Source: an uncultured Opitutales bacterium
GTDB taxonomy: Bacteria > Verrucomicrobiota > Verrucomicrobiia > Opitutales > Intestinicryptomonadaceae
Direction of reading: 5' to 3'
DNA: 32,000 nucleotides
Assembly: GCA_934613415.1 (NCBI GenBank)
Contig: CAKTSY010000004.1
Span: 60,001-92,000 of the forward strand
The position numbers and the translations under genes are program-made. Shown here in pieces: positions 1 to 7,680 of the stretch; the first letter of the stretch is position 1; every line of letters begins with the position of its first letter. The notes beneath the pieces were generated by a model that was given only the letters and a program-made list of their open reading frames with translations, was not told the DNA's origin and did no database searches.

Positions 1-218
1 ATCTCCTGCGGCAAATAGCCCATTGTGGCGTATTTTGGGGTTGCAATTTCGCCGGCATCTACGCCCTCTTGGTTTGCCAAAACCTTAAGCAAGGTAGACT
101 TTCCCGCGCCGTTTACCCCCACAAGGGCAATTTTGTCGCCCTTGTTTATCGAAACGCTTATGTTGTCGAAAATCTTTCTGTCGCCGAAGCGCAAAGATAT
201 GTTCTTTATGTCTACCAT
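1..218 (-). CDS. ABC-F family ATPase, first 72 codons only (gene runs off the left edge)
   Basis: Not in the ORF track. The reverse complement of 1..218 starts at ATG (218-216) and reads MVDIKNISLRFGDRKIFDNISVSINKGDKIALVGVNGAGKSTLLKVLANQEGVDAGEIATPKYATMGYLPQE with no stop. The Walker A GVNGAGKST and the GYLPQE continuation are typical of ABC-F proteins (Uup/YbiT/EttA-like). The + ORF 25..258 is its antisense shadow. Confidence 0.75.
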   Translation of the reverse strand, partial: MVDIKNISLRFGDRKIFDNISVSINKGDKIALVGVNGAGKSTLLKVLANQEGVDAGEIATPKYATMGYLPQE

Positions 219-311
219 AAATAAAAAGGGAATATGCAACTACATAAACGCCGCTTAGTAAAGCCTATTTTTGACCGATAAAAAATGGGCGTTTGCGCAA
301 ATTCGGCAAAA

Positions 312-339
312 TTGATTAACTTGGCGATATGCCTATATT
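312..339 (+). promoter_or_regulatory. Candidate sigma70-type promoter for fba (-35 TTGATT 312-317, 16-nt spacer, -10 TATATT 334-339)
   Basis: Read directly from the sequence. It lies in the divergent intergenic region between the ABC-F start (218) and the fba ATG (431). No experimental support. Confidence 0.35.
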
Positions 340-430
340 TTGGGCAAAATGGCGCGGGCGTAATTTTTTTGTTGCAATCGCGCCCAGTGCGTTTTTTAAT
401 ACGCGCTTAAATTTCAACATAGGAAAATAT

Positions 431-1423
431 ATGGTATCATATAAAGAGCTAGGGTTGGTTAACACGCGCGAGCTTTTCAAAAAAGCTATCGAAGGCAAAT
501 ACGCTATTCCCGCGTTTAACTTCAATAATATGGAACAAATGCAGGCCATCGTTCAGGCTTGTGTTGAAAAAAAGTCGCCTGTAATTCTTCAGGTTTCGAG
601 CGGCGCACGCAAATACGCCAATCAAACTTTGTTGCGCTATATGGCCCAGGGTGCTTGCGAATACGCCAAGGAACTTGGCTATGCTATTCCGATAGTTTTG
701 CACCTCGACCACGGCGACACATTTGAACTTTGCAAATCCTGCATAGAATACGGTTTCTCGTCGGTTATGATAGACGGCTCGAGCCACTCTTACGACGACA
801 ACGTTGAATTGACAGCCAAGGTTGTTGAATACGCCCACAAATACGACGTAACAGTTGAAGGCGAACTCGGCGTATTGGCAGGTATCGAAGACGAAGTTTC
901 GCACGAAACACATTCGTATACACGCCCCGAAGAAGTTGAAGACTTCGTTAAAAAGACAGGTGTAGACTCGTTGGCAATCTCCATCGGCACATCGCACGGC
1001 GCATACAAATTCAAGCCCGAACAGTGCACAAGAGACGCTAACGGCCGCTTGGTTCCCCCGCCGTTGCGCTTCGACATTCTTAAAGAAGTTGAAAAACGCA
1101 TACCCGGTTTCCCGATTGTATTGCACGGTTCTTCTTCGGTTCCTCAGCAGTATGTTGACCAAATCAACAAATACGGCGGCAAATTGGAAGCTGCAGTTGG
1201 CATTCCTGAAGAACAATTAAGAGAAGCTTCGAAGTCGGCTGTTTGCAAAATCAACATCGACTCGGACGGCCGTTTGGCAATGACTGCGGCAGTACGCAAA
1301 GTATTCGTAGAAAAGCCCGCAGAATTCGACCCCCGCAAATACTTGGGTCCTGCTCGCGACGAATTGAAAAAGCTTTATATGCACAAAGTCGAAAACGTTT
1401 TGGGTTCGGCTGGCAAGGCCTAA
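431..1423 (+). CDS. fba: Class II fructose-1,6-bisphosphate aldolase (330 aa)
   Basis: ORF 329..1423 trimmed to ATG 431 (MVSYKELGLVNTRELFKKAIEGKYAIPAFNFNNMEQ...), which is preceded by AGGAAAA. Family motifs are present: PAFNFNN, LHLDHG, GELG, SHGAYKF and VLHGSS. The 34 upstream codons have no aldolase-like sequence. Confidence 0.93.
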   Translation: MVSYKELGLVNTRELFKKAIEGKYAIPAFNFNNMEQMQAIVQACVEKKSPVILQVSSGARKYANQTLLRYMAQGACEYAKELGYAIPIVLHLDHGDTFELCKSCIEYGFSSVMIDGSSHSYDDNVELTAKVVEYAHKYDVTVEGELGVLAGIEDEVSHETHSYTRPEEVEDFVKKTGVDSLAISIGTSHGAYKFKPEQCTRDANGRLVPPPLRFDILKEVEKRIPGFPIVLHGSSSVPQQYVDQINKYGGKLEAAVGIPEEQLREASKSAVCKINIDSDGRLAMTAAVRKVFVEKPAEFDPRKYLGPARDELKKLYMHKVENVLGSAGKA

Positions 1424-1450
1424 TAATTAGGCTAAATAAAGCGAACACAA

Positions 1451-1483
1451 GGCGCAAACAACAAGTTTGCGCCTTTGTTTTTT
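1451..1483 (+). terminator. Rho-independent terminator after fba
   Basis: Stem GGCGCAAAC (1451-1459) pairs with GTTTGCGCC (1465-1473), loop AACAA, followed by TTTGTTTTTT. Confidence 0.7.
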
Positions 1484-1509
1484 ACAGTTTAAAACCATAC
1501 TTTGTTAAA

Positions 1510-2682
1510 ATGAAAAAGTTTATTCCAAATAAAGAATGTTTGCAAAAGCTTAACGAAGCCGCAAAAGACATATATGCGCACCGATTCAACCAGCTAGGCT
1601 ACCCATTTAACCAGGAAACCGACCTTTCGGAATTCTACCAGTGGCTTGTAGACACAAAGTTGGCAGATCTTACCCTTATAAACGTTGGCGACCCCTACAA
1701 AACCGATTGGGATATGCTTAATACCGACTATTTCGAGCAAAAGGCAATAGACTTTATAGCCGAAAGTTTCGGGTTCGACGAAAACCACTGGGGCGTTATA
1801 GCCAACGGCGGCACCGACGGCAATATGCACGGCATATATTTTGGCAGAAAAGCCCTTGCCGCAAAAAGCAATTTGCCCCCAATTTTATACGTTTCAAAAG
1901 AGGCACACTATTCGCTTAAAAAGATAGGCGACATTCAAAATATTGAAGTAAGAACAATTAACGCCCACGAAATGGGCGAGATGGACACCCAAGACTTTGC
2001 CGACAAGCTGGATACTTCCAGACCCGCCCTTGTTGCTATTGCAATAGGCGGCACATTTAAAGGCGCAATAGACAACCAAAAAGAAATAGACGCCGTTTTA
2101 AAGGCAAAGAAGCCCGTTGCCTACTACCGCCACCTAGACGTTGCATTGTTCGGCGGCTACCTGCCCTATTTAGACAATAAAGAGGCAAACAATATCGTTA
2201 ATGCCGCCGAAATGGATTTCGATTCCATCGCAGTTTCCGGACACAAATTTTTGTCGCTAAACGAGCCTGCCGGCATATTTGTTTGCCATAAAGACATTCT
2301 AAATTGCGTATCTAACACACCCATTCCCTATCTAAAGGGAGTTATCCCCACAATAAGCTGCTCTAGAAGCGGCTTCGACGCACTAAAACTTTATTGGCGT
2401 TTAATGTCGGTCGGCAAAAGCGGCTTAAAAGAACAGGCAAACCATTCTATGGCAATGGCGGTTTTGCTTGAAGAAGAATTAAAAAACGCAAACGTAAAGG
2501 CGTGGCGCAACAAGTTTTCGAATACAGTATTTTTTGAAAGACCAAAAGAGGAAATTGTAAAAAAATACGCCCTTGCCTGCAACGACGACGAACATTTCGG
2601 CAAACTTTCGCACATAGTTGCAATGCAGTATTTCGACGAAAAGCTGATAAAGCAAATAGTTGCCGATATTGCAAAAAAATAG
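1510..2682 (+). CDS. hdc: PLP-dependent (group II) histidine decarboxylase-like decarboxylase (390 aa)
   Basis: ORF 1243..2682 trimmed to ATG 1510 (MKKFIPNKECL...). The upstream part overlaps the fba 3' end and its terminator. It is collinear with my recollection of Gram-negative PLP histidine decarboxylase: LGYPFN, WGVIANGGTDGNMHG, YVSKEAHYS, GGTFKGAIDN, DSIAVSGHKF (PLP lysine) and AWRNKFSNTVFF. The substrate is not proven. Confidence 0.8.
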   Translation: MKKFIPNKECLQKLNEAAKDIYAHRFNQLGYPFNQETDLSEFYQWLVDTKLADLTLINVGDPYKTDWDMLNTDYFEQKAIDFIAESFGFDENHWGVIANGGTDGNMHGIYFGRKALAAKSNLPPILYVSKEAHYSLKKIGDIQNIEVRTINAHEMGEMDTQDFADKLDTSRPALVAIAIGGTFKGAIDNQKEIDAVLKAKKPVAYYRHLDVALFGGYLPYLDNKEANNIVNAAEMDFDSIAVSGHKFLSLNEPAGIFVCHKDILNCVSNTPIPYLKGVIPTISCSRSGFDALKLYWRLMSVGKSGLKEQANHSMAMAVLLEEELKNANVKAWRNKFSNTVFFERPKEEIVKKYALACNDDEHFGKLSHIVAMQYFDEKLIKQIVADIAKK

Positions 2683-2737
2683 AATTTTATTCTTGCAATT
2701 AACGCAAAAATAAACACTCTTAGTTGAATTTAGGTTT

Positions 2738-2827
2738 GGAGAGGTGGCAGAGTGGTCGAATGCGCCTGACTCGAAATCAGGTTTAGTGGAAACGCTAACG
2801 GGAGTTCGAATCTCCCCCTCTCCGCCA
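2738..2827 (+). tRNA. tRNA-Ser (anticodon CGA), CCA encoded
   Basis: Acceptor GGAGAGG/CCTCTCC and a 3-bp D stem. Anticodon arm CCTGA-CTCGAAA-TCAGG. Long variable arm TTAGTG-GAAA-CGCTAA. T arm GGGAG-TTCGAAT-CTCCC. 3' end G-CCA. Confidence 0.9.
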
Positions 2828-2841
2828 GAAAAATCGCAGAA

Positions 2842-2871
2842 AGCAAAACCGCAAGGTTTTGCTTTTTTTTG
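2842..2871 (+). terminator. Rho-independent terminator after tRNA-Ser(CGA)
   Basis: AGCAAAACC (2842-2850), loop GCAA, GGTTTTGCT (2855-2863), then T8. Confidence 0.7.
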
Positions 2872-2927
2872 TAAAAACTTTTCGTAAAGCGGCGCAGCCG
2901 TTTTTAAGGAAAGTTTTTACAAAAAAA

Positions 2928-3245
2928 AGTAGCCTGCTTGCAGGCGTACTTTCGAAGATTTTTCTGGCGGCCCCCTCAGAGATGGCCCTTAGGCAATCTC
3001 TCCCTTTTCAAAATACAATCTTACACTTTCAAACTAGCCTGCTTTGCAGGCGCAACTTTCGAAGATTTTTCTGGCGGCCCCCCTAGAGATGGCCCTTAGG
3101 CAATCTCCACTACACAACAAACGCAATCTTACACTTTCAAAGTAGCCTGCTTTGCAGGCGTACTTTCGAAGATTTTCGGGCTGTACCCCCTCATAGATGG
3201 ACCCTAGGTAATCTCCCCCGTAAAAAACAATTCTTACGTTCATAA
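2928..3245. repeat. Three tandem copies of a ~105-108 bp noncoding repeat (copies start at 2928, 3033 and 3141; the third is diverged)
   Basis: Hand alignment of the copies. Shared blocks are A[G/C]TAGCCTGC(T)TTGCAGGCG..ACTTTCGAAGATTTTTCTGGCGGCCCCCC..AGAGATGGCCCTTAGGCAATCTC, then a variable 12-16 nt segment, then CAATCTTACACTTTCAA. Each copy has hairpin GCCTGC-TTT-GCAGGC and hairpin GAGAT..ATCTC. ORFs 2859..3086(+) and 3034..3309(-) are probably artefacts of the repeat. Confidence 0.8.
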
Positions 3246-3365
3246 AAAAAGCAAAGGCAACCCTAAAAAATGCAAAAAACACCCGCCTTTTACTGCGCTT
3301 GTAGTTCACGCGCTAGCTTTTTTTGGTGGGTGCTTAAAAATATTTACAATGCTTTTTGCAAAATT

Positions 3366-4700
3366 TTATTTGCCTACAAGCTCTTTTTGAATTTCTTCAA
3401 GCGACTTTTCGCTTGTGTCGGGCAGCTTTAACGCAAACACAAACGTTAATGCCGACATAAGCGCAAATACGCCAAATGTGTAGGTTGCAAAGCCCGACTC
3501 TACAACAATCGGGAAAATCCAAGTTATAATGGCGCACCAAACCCAGTGAACCATACTGCCAAACACCTGCCCTTTAGAGCGCACGCTGTTGGGGAAAACT
3601 TCGGCAATAAGCACCCAAATAACCGCGCCCATCGACGCGCCGAACGCGCCAATATAAAGCATTAAAAAGCCCAGCATATAATAGCCCGAAACGGCTTGGC
3701 TGTTAAAGAAGCCGTAAGAAACCCCGCACAATGCAATGGTCATAAAAACCGAGCCAACATACAAAAGTTTTTTGCGGCCAACGCAGTCGATTAACACCAT
3801 GCCTACTATGGTAAAAATAAGGTTTGCAACCCCAATGAACATAGACTGGAACATTGCCGAGCCCCTGCCAATGCCAGCGGTTTCTAAAATGCGTGGCGCG
3901 TAGTAGTTTATTGCGTTAATGCCCGACCACTGGTTGAATGTTGAAATGAAAAACGCAATTAAAAGCGGCTTAAAATATTTGCTTTGAAAAAGCCTTTCGC
4001 TAATGCTTGCTTCGCAAAGCGAGCTTTTAATTGTGGCAAAAGTTTCGGCAATATTTGCGCCGCCAACTTTGTCTAAAACATTGTAGGCTAAAGTTTCTTT
4101 GCCATATTTAACAAGCCAGCGCGGGCTTTCGGGCACGGTAAAAAGCAAAACGGCAAACAAAAATGCGGGCAATGCCAAAACACCAAGCATAATGCGCCAG
4201 TCGTTCGCGCCCAAATTAAGGCTGCTTATATACCAGTTTGAAATATAAGAGCACAACGCCCCCAAAACTATGTTGAATTGGAAAAACCCTACAAACCTGC
4301 CGCGCCATTGCGAGGGCGAAATTTCGGCTATATACATTGGGCCTACCACCGACGACGCGCCAACAGCCAAACCGCCCATAAACCTGAATATTATAAGCGC
4401 ATACCAATTTACAACAAGCGCGCAGCCCAACGCCGAAATAAAATATAAATAGGCGATAATTTTTAACGATTCTATTCTGCCAAGTTTTTCGGCGGGTTTG
4501 CCGCAAAACAATGCCCCTACAATTGTGCCGAACAATGCGGTTGCCATTGTAAACCCGTGCAGGAAATCCGACAAGGCATACTGAGCCTGAATTCCCTTGT
4601 CGGCCCCCGAAATAACTATTGTGTCGAACCCGAAAAGAAAGCCCCCTAGCGATGCTACAAAGGCTATATAAAACATAAAAGGAGTAATTTTCTTATTCAT
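3366..4700 (-). CDS. MFS sugar porter family transporter (sugar:H+ symporter, XylE/GalP/AraE-like), 444 aa
   Basis: ORF 3366..4715 begins with TTG, so I prefer ATG at 4700 (MNKKITPFMFYIAF...). It has about 12 hydrophobic segments. Sugar-porter signatures are GFLFGFDT, GRIESL, VPESPRWLV and C-terminal LPDTSEKSLEEI. Confidence 0.9.
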   Translation of the reverse strand: MNKKITPFMFYIAFVASLGGFLFGFDTIVISGADKGIQAQYALSDFLHGFTMATALFGTIVGALFCGKPAEKLGRIESLKIIAYLYFISALGCALVVNWYALIIFRFMGGLAVGASSVVGPMYIAEISPSQWRGRFVGFFQFNIVLGALCSYISNWYISSLNLGANDWRIMLGVLALPAFLFAVLLFTVPESPRWLVKYGKETLAYNVLDKVGGANIAETFATIKSSLCEASISERLFQSKYFKPLLIAFFISTFNQWSGINAINYYAPRILETAGIGRGSAMFQSMFIGVANLIFTIVGMVLIDCVGRKKLLYVGSVFMTIALCGVSYGFFNSQAVSGYYMLGFLMLYIGAFGASMGAVIWVLIAEVFPNSVRSKGQVFGSMVHWVWCAIITWIFPIVVESGFATYTFGVFALMSALTFVFALKLPDTSEKSLEEIQKELVGK

Positions 4701-4874
4701 AAATACCGGCAACAATTATTTTTGTTTTATGCAATTTTTACAAACCTAAAATGGAAATAATTTTTGGAAATTTTTTGATACAAAAAAATCAAATTTTTCA
4801 ATTATTTGCTTGCAAGGCACAGAATTTTTGGCAAACTGAAAGGCTTTAAATCGTGTTAAAGCGATTTGGAACAA

Positions 4875-4965
4875 GGAGAGGTGGCGGAGTGGCCGATCGC
4901 GCTGGTTTGCTAAACCGGTGTAGGGAGTTAAACCCCTACCGTGAGTTCGAATCTCATCCTCTCCG
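4875..4965 (+). tRNA. tRNA-Ser (anticodon GCU), CCA not encoded
   Basis: Acceptor GGAGAGG/CCTCTCC. Anticodon arm CTGGT-TTGCTAA-ACCGG. Long variable arm GTAGGG-AGTTAAAC-CCCTAC. T arm GTGAG-TTCGAAT-CTCAT. Discriminator G at 4965. Confidence 0.9.
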
Positions 4966-4975
4966 CGTTCCCTAC

Positions 4976-5004
4976 CCTTTTGGAATCTTCCAAAAGGTTT
5001 TTTA
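4976..5004 (+). terminator. Rho-independent terminator after tRNA-Ser(GCU)
   Basis: CCTTTTGG (4976-4983), loop AATCTT, CCAAAAGG (4990-4997), then TTTTTTA. Confidence 0.6.
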
Positions 5005-5285
5005 TGCCCAAAATAGGGTCAACACCAAAGAGAGCGGATTTTAATAAAAAACGCCGCATAGAACCAAGACCCTCAATCTGTAATTTTGGAAGTTTTTATA
5101 ACCGTAAGCCGTTCGTTGTATCAGTTTCATCTTCCTGTGGAAGCCCTCGGTTATTGAGTTGTTTTTGTATAACCCCTAATATTGCGAAAACGTATTTGCG
5201 TTATACATCGCTCTATAATATGTTTGATAATTTATCCGAAAAAATGCGCCGTTTTTGCCGATAAACTAACTGGAAAGAAACGGCA

Positions 5286-5561
5286 ATGATAGGCACAAAA
5301 TACAGGCAAAAAGACAGGGTTATTTGCGACAAACAAAGCGGCAAAAAATACATACTTAGCGTTGTAAACGAATCGGAAACAAAATATCCCTACAACCCCA
5401 AAAAGCGCAAGTTAAAGACAAAATTTTCGTATACGCTAAAGGGTGTAAAAACAAAATCGGTTATCTTAAAAATAAACGCCTACAACTTTAGGGGCGAACG
5501 CTTTATAGAAAAAATCTTAAAAAACAATTTGTGCGACCTGCATATGCTGCTTCCAAAATAG
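5286..5561 (+). CDS. Hypothetical small lysine-rich protein (91 aa); weak call
   Basis: This is the only ORF in an otherwise empty ~600 bp gap. I recognise no motif. It converges on the K+ channel gene and may be non-coding. Confidence 0.25.
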   Translation: MIGTKYRQKDRVICDKQSGKKYILSVVNESETKYPYNPKKRKLKTKFSYTLKGVKTKSVILKINAYNFRGERFIEKILKNNLCDLHMLLPK

Positions 5562-5605
5562 CTGCAAATGTTTTTTTCCCCGTTTTTCGCATAAAAATTT
5601 ACGGT

Positions 5606-6340
5606 TTACGGCAGCCTTTTGCTTAAAAGGTCTTTTATTTCTTTTACGCTTTTGGCAATTTCGTCTACATTCGAATTTTCTTTAGTATTAACAAAATAGC
5701 GCAACAACCAGCTTGCAAGCAATGCCGACAACATACCAAACAAGCTTATGCCCACAAACATAAGGGCAATGCCAACAAGCCTGCCGTCGAGCGTGGTGGG
5801 GAATTTGTCGCCGTAGCCTACGGTTGTAACGGTGCCAAACGCCCACCAAAGAGCGTCTTGCATAGATTTAATGTTGCCGAACTCGCTCGCCGATTCTATC
5901 TTAAAAACCAGCCCAGCAGATATAAGAACGCTAGAAAACAGCAACGTAGACGCGCTTGAAATTAACGCCTTTGTTTTGCCCTTAAAGAGAAATTCAAAAC
6001 CCCACTCTATGCAGCGCAAAATTCTAAGCAAAAAACAAATTTGAACAAACAACGTAAAATATTTTACACCAGTAAAATACGGCACACAAATTAAAAGGTC
6101 TACCCACCCCCATCGCCAAAACGAATATTCTTTTCTTAAAAAGACATATTTGCGTATAAAATTTGCAAAGAATATAATACACAGCAAATTGCAAAAATGC
6201 CTAAAGCGCAGCACAAGCTCGCCCTCAGTGCTTGAATATAAATATTCAAAGGCAGCCGCAAACAAAACAAAGCCGCAAGCCAACAACACAATGGTGCTCC
6301 AAATTTCGTAATAAATTTCGTTTTCTTTGCGCCAAAACAT
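5606..6340 (-). CDS. Potassium channel protein (ion transport family), 244 aa
   Basis: Canonical K+ selectivity filter TVGYGD (FGTVTTVGYGDKFP) lies between hydrophobic helices, with several N-terminal TM segments. ATG at 6340. Confidence 0.85.
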   Translation of the reverse strand: MFWRKENEIYYEIWSTIVLLACGFVLFAAAFEYLYSSTEGELVLRFRHFCNLLCIIFFANFIRKYVFLRKEYSFWRWGWVDLLICVPYFTGVKYFTLFVQICFLLRILRCIEWGFEFLFKGKTKALISSASTLLFSSVLISAGLVFKIESASEFGNIKSMQDALWWAFGTVTTVGYGDKFPTTLDGRLVGIALMFVGISLFGMLSALLASWLLRYFVNTKENSNVDEIAKSVKEIKDLLSKRLP

Positions 6341-6450
6341 ATAATTTATATCGTAAAAACCGGTTTTTTGAAAAAGTTTTTATTTTTTACAAAAAAAGCT
6401 TGCAAAAATTTTTTAAATCTATTCCATAGGCATTTTAATAATTTGTTCGA

Positions 6451-6527
<77 letters not shown>

Positions 6528-6537
6528 ATTTCCATAA

Positions 6538-6572
6538 CCGCTCAAACAAAATTTGTTTGGGCGGTTTTTTTG
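6538..6572 (+). terminator. Rho-independent terminator after tRNA-fMet
   Basis: CCGCTCAAACAAA pairs with TTTGTTTGGGCGG (one G-U pair), loop ATT, then T7. Confidence 0.7.
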
Positions 6573-6717
6573 TTGCCACACCCAAAGCCACACCACGCTT
6601 TGCCCAAAGTTGAATTAACCAAACGCAACAGTTTGCCTTGCTTTTTACGAATACCCCCTTTGCCATTACAAAAGCTACAATGTAAACAAAACCTTTGCTC
6701 TGTTTTGCGTATATACA

Positions 6718-6753
6718 CAAAAAAAGGCGTTGCCCAACAATTAAAGCAACGCC
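6718..6753 (-). terminator. Rho-independent terminator after the AraC-family gene
   Basis: On the minus strand: GGCGTTGC, 12-nt loop, GCAACGCC (6726-6753), followed by T7 (the complement of the A run ending at 6725). It sits 23 nt beyond the stop at 6776. Confidence 0.6.
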
Positions 6754-6775
6754 AAATTTGCAAAATAAAACTTCT

Positions 6776-7654
6776 TTAAACTGCAACATCTCTTTTGGGA
6801 GACGTGCCAAAATAGCGTTTATACTCGCGGCTAAATTGCGTTGGGCTTTCGTAGCCTACGGCGTAGGCTGCGTTGGCAACGGTTTCGTTTTCGGAAATCA
6901 TAAGCCTTTTTGCCTCGTGCAAGCGCAAATTTTTTTGGTATTGAATTGGGCTAATAGACGTAACTTTGCGAAAGTGCCTATGGAAAGTTGTAGGCGCCAT
7001 ATTAACATATTTTGCAAGTTCGTCTATCCTTACGGGTTTTTTAAAGTTTGTTTTAAGCCAGCCTACCGCCTTTGTTATTTGGTTGCTTTGTGTGCCGAAT
7101 GTGCAAAGTTGGCGAACGTGCCTGCCCATTGGGCTAATAAGCAGCCTTGTGTAAATTTCGTTTACAATAACGGGGGCAATAACGGGAATGTCGTCGGGGG
7201 TGTCTAGCAACTTTAGCAGGCGCAAAAAGGCGTCCATTAAGCCCTCGTCGGCATCGGCAACCGCAAGGCCGTTAAAAACCTTGTCGCCCCTAATTTTGTC
7301 GAGCGGCATTTCGGCAATCATTTGCGAAATTTGCTTTAGGTTTAAATCTAGCGAAATTGTAAGCAACGGCTTTTGCGGCGTTGCCTGCGCAATGCAGCTA
7401 GTTCCCGGTATATCTATGCCCGAAACTAGGCACTGGTTTTCGTGATACGCCGTTTCTATATTGCCCGTAATTGCGCGTTTGCTGCCCTGTATAATAAGTA
7501 TAATTTTTGGGGAATAAACGCACCTATTATATCCGTTTTCATGCTCTATTCTATGTGCATAAAAACCCGGAATTGCCGTTTCGACAAAGGCTTCGTGCGG
7601 CAACAATTTTAAGACCAAGCGTTTTAACTGCGAATTTAAACTTGCAATGCCCAT
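6776..7654 (-). CDS. AraC family transcriptional regulator with AraC_N-type (YqhC-like) sensor domain, 292 aa
   Basis: The C-terminal double HTH is typical of AraC/XylS (IDELAKYVNMAPTTFHRHFRKVTSISPIQYQKNLRLHEAKRLM...AVGYESPTQFSREYKRYFGTSP). The N-terminal ~170 aa resembles the non-cupin AraC_N ligand domain. Confidence 0.9.
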   Translation of the reverse strand: MGIASLNSQLKRLVLKLLPHEAFVETAIPGFYAHRIEHENGYNRCVYSPKIILIIQGSKRAITGNIETAYHENQCLVSGIDIPGTSCIAQATPQKPLLTISLDLNLKQISQMIAEMPLDKIRGDKVFNGLAVADADEGLMDAFLRLLKLLDTPDDIPVIAPVIVNEIYTRLLISPMGRHVRQLCTFGTQSNQITKAVGWLKTNFKKPVRIDELAKYVNMAPTTFHRHFRKVTSISPIQYQKNLRLHEAKRLMISENETVANAAYAVGYESPTQFSREYKRYFGTSPKRDVAV

Positions 7655-7680
7655 ATTCTTAGTACTATTTGCCCTACATA

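Noticed and set aside
25-258. 77-aa + strand ORF at the left edge
   Set aside because: It is antisense to a clear ABC-F ATPase N-terminus (Walker A) on the minus strand and has no motifs of its own.
329-430. N-terminal 34-codon extension of the aldolase ORF
   Set aside because: Aldolase homology begins at the ATG at 431, which has the only good SD in the window. The extension would read through the putative promoter and leader.
449-1216. 255-aa minus-strand ORF inside fba, plus 790..1101 and 1144..1338
   Set aside because: These are antisense shadow ORFs of a confidently identified gene, with a low-complexity, Cys/Phe/Val/Asn-rich composition.
1243-1509. N-terminal extension of the decarboxylase ORF (start 1243)
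   Set aside because: It overlaps the fba 3' end in another frame and runs through the fba terminator hairpin. Decarboxylase homology begins at MKKFIPNK (1510).
2731-2738. TAGGTTTG matching the Bacteroidota-type -7 promoter motif TAnnTTTG
   Set aside because: It ends on the first base of the mature tRNA-Ser, so a start site would fall inside the tRNA.
2928-3245. Possible CRISPR array
   Set aside because: The units are about 106 bp and directly abutting, with no unique spacers. No cas genes are in the window.
2859-3309. ORFs 2859..3086 (+) and 3034..3309 (-)
   Set aside because: They lie entirely within the tandem 106-bp repeats, so their length is a by-product of the repeat. The peptides are repetitive and unlike real proteins.
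4774-4796. TTTGAT-N8-ATCAAA inverted repeat upstream of the MFS gene as an FNR/CRP site
   Set aside because: The spacing does not fit TTGAT-N4-ATCAA, and the sequence is low-complexity A/T, where such symmetry arises easily.
4853-5044. ORF 4853..5044 (+), ORFs 6368..6613 (+) and 6484..6810 (-), and ORF 27935..28117 (-)
   Set aside because: Each overlaps a well-formed tRNA gene and/or its terminator, and none has coding signatures.
6695-7207. 170-aa + strand ORF
   Set aside because: It is antisense to the AraC-family gene, which has a clear HTH domain.
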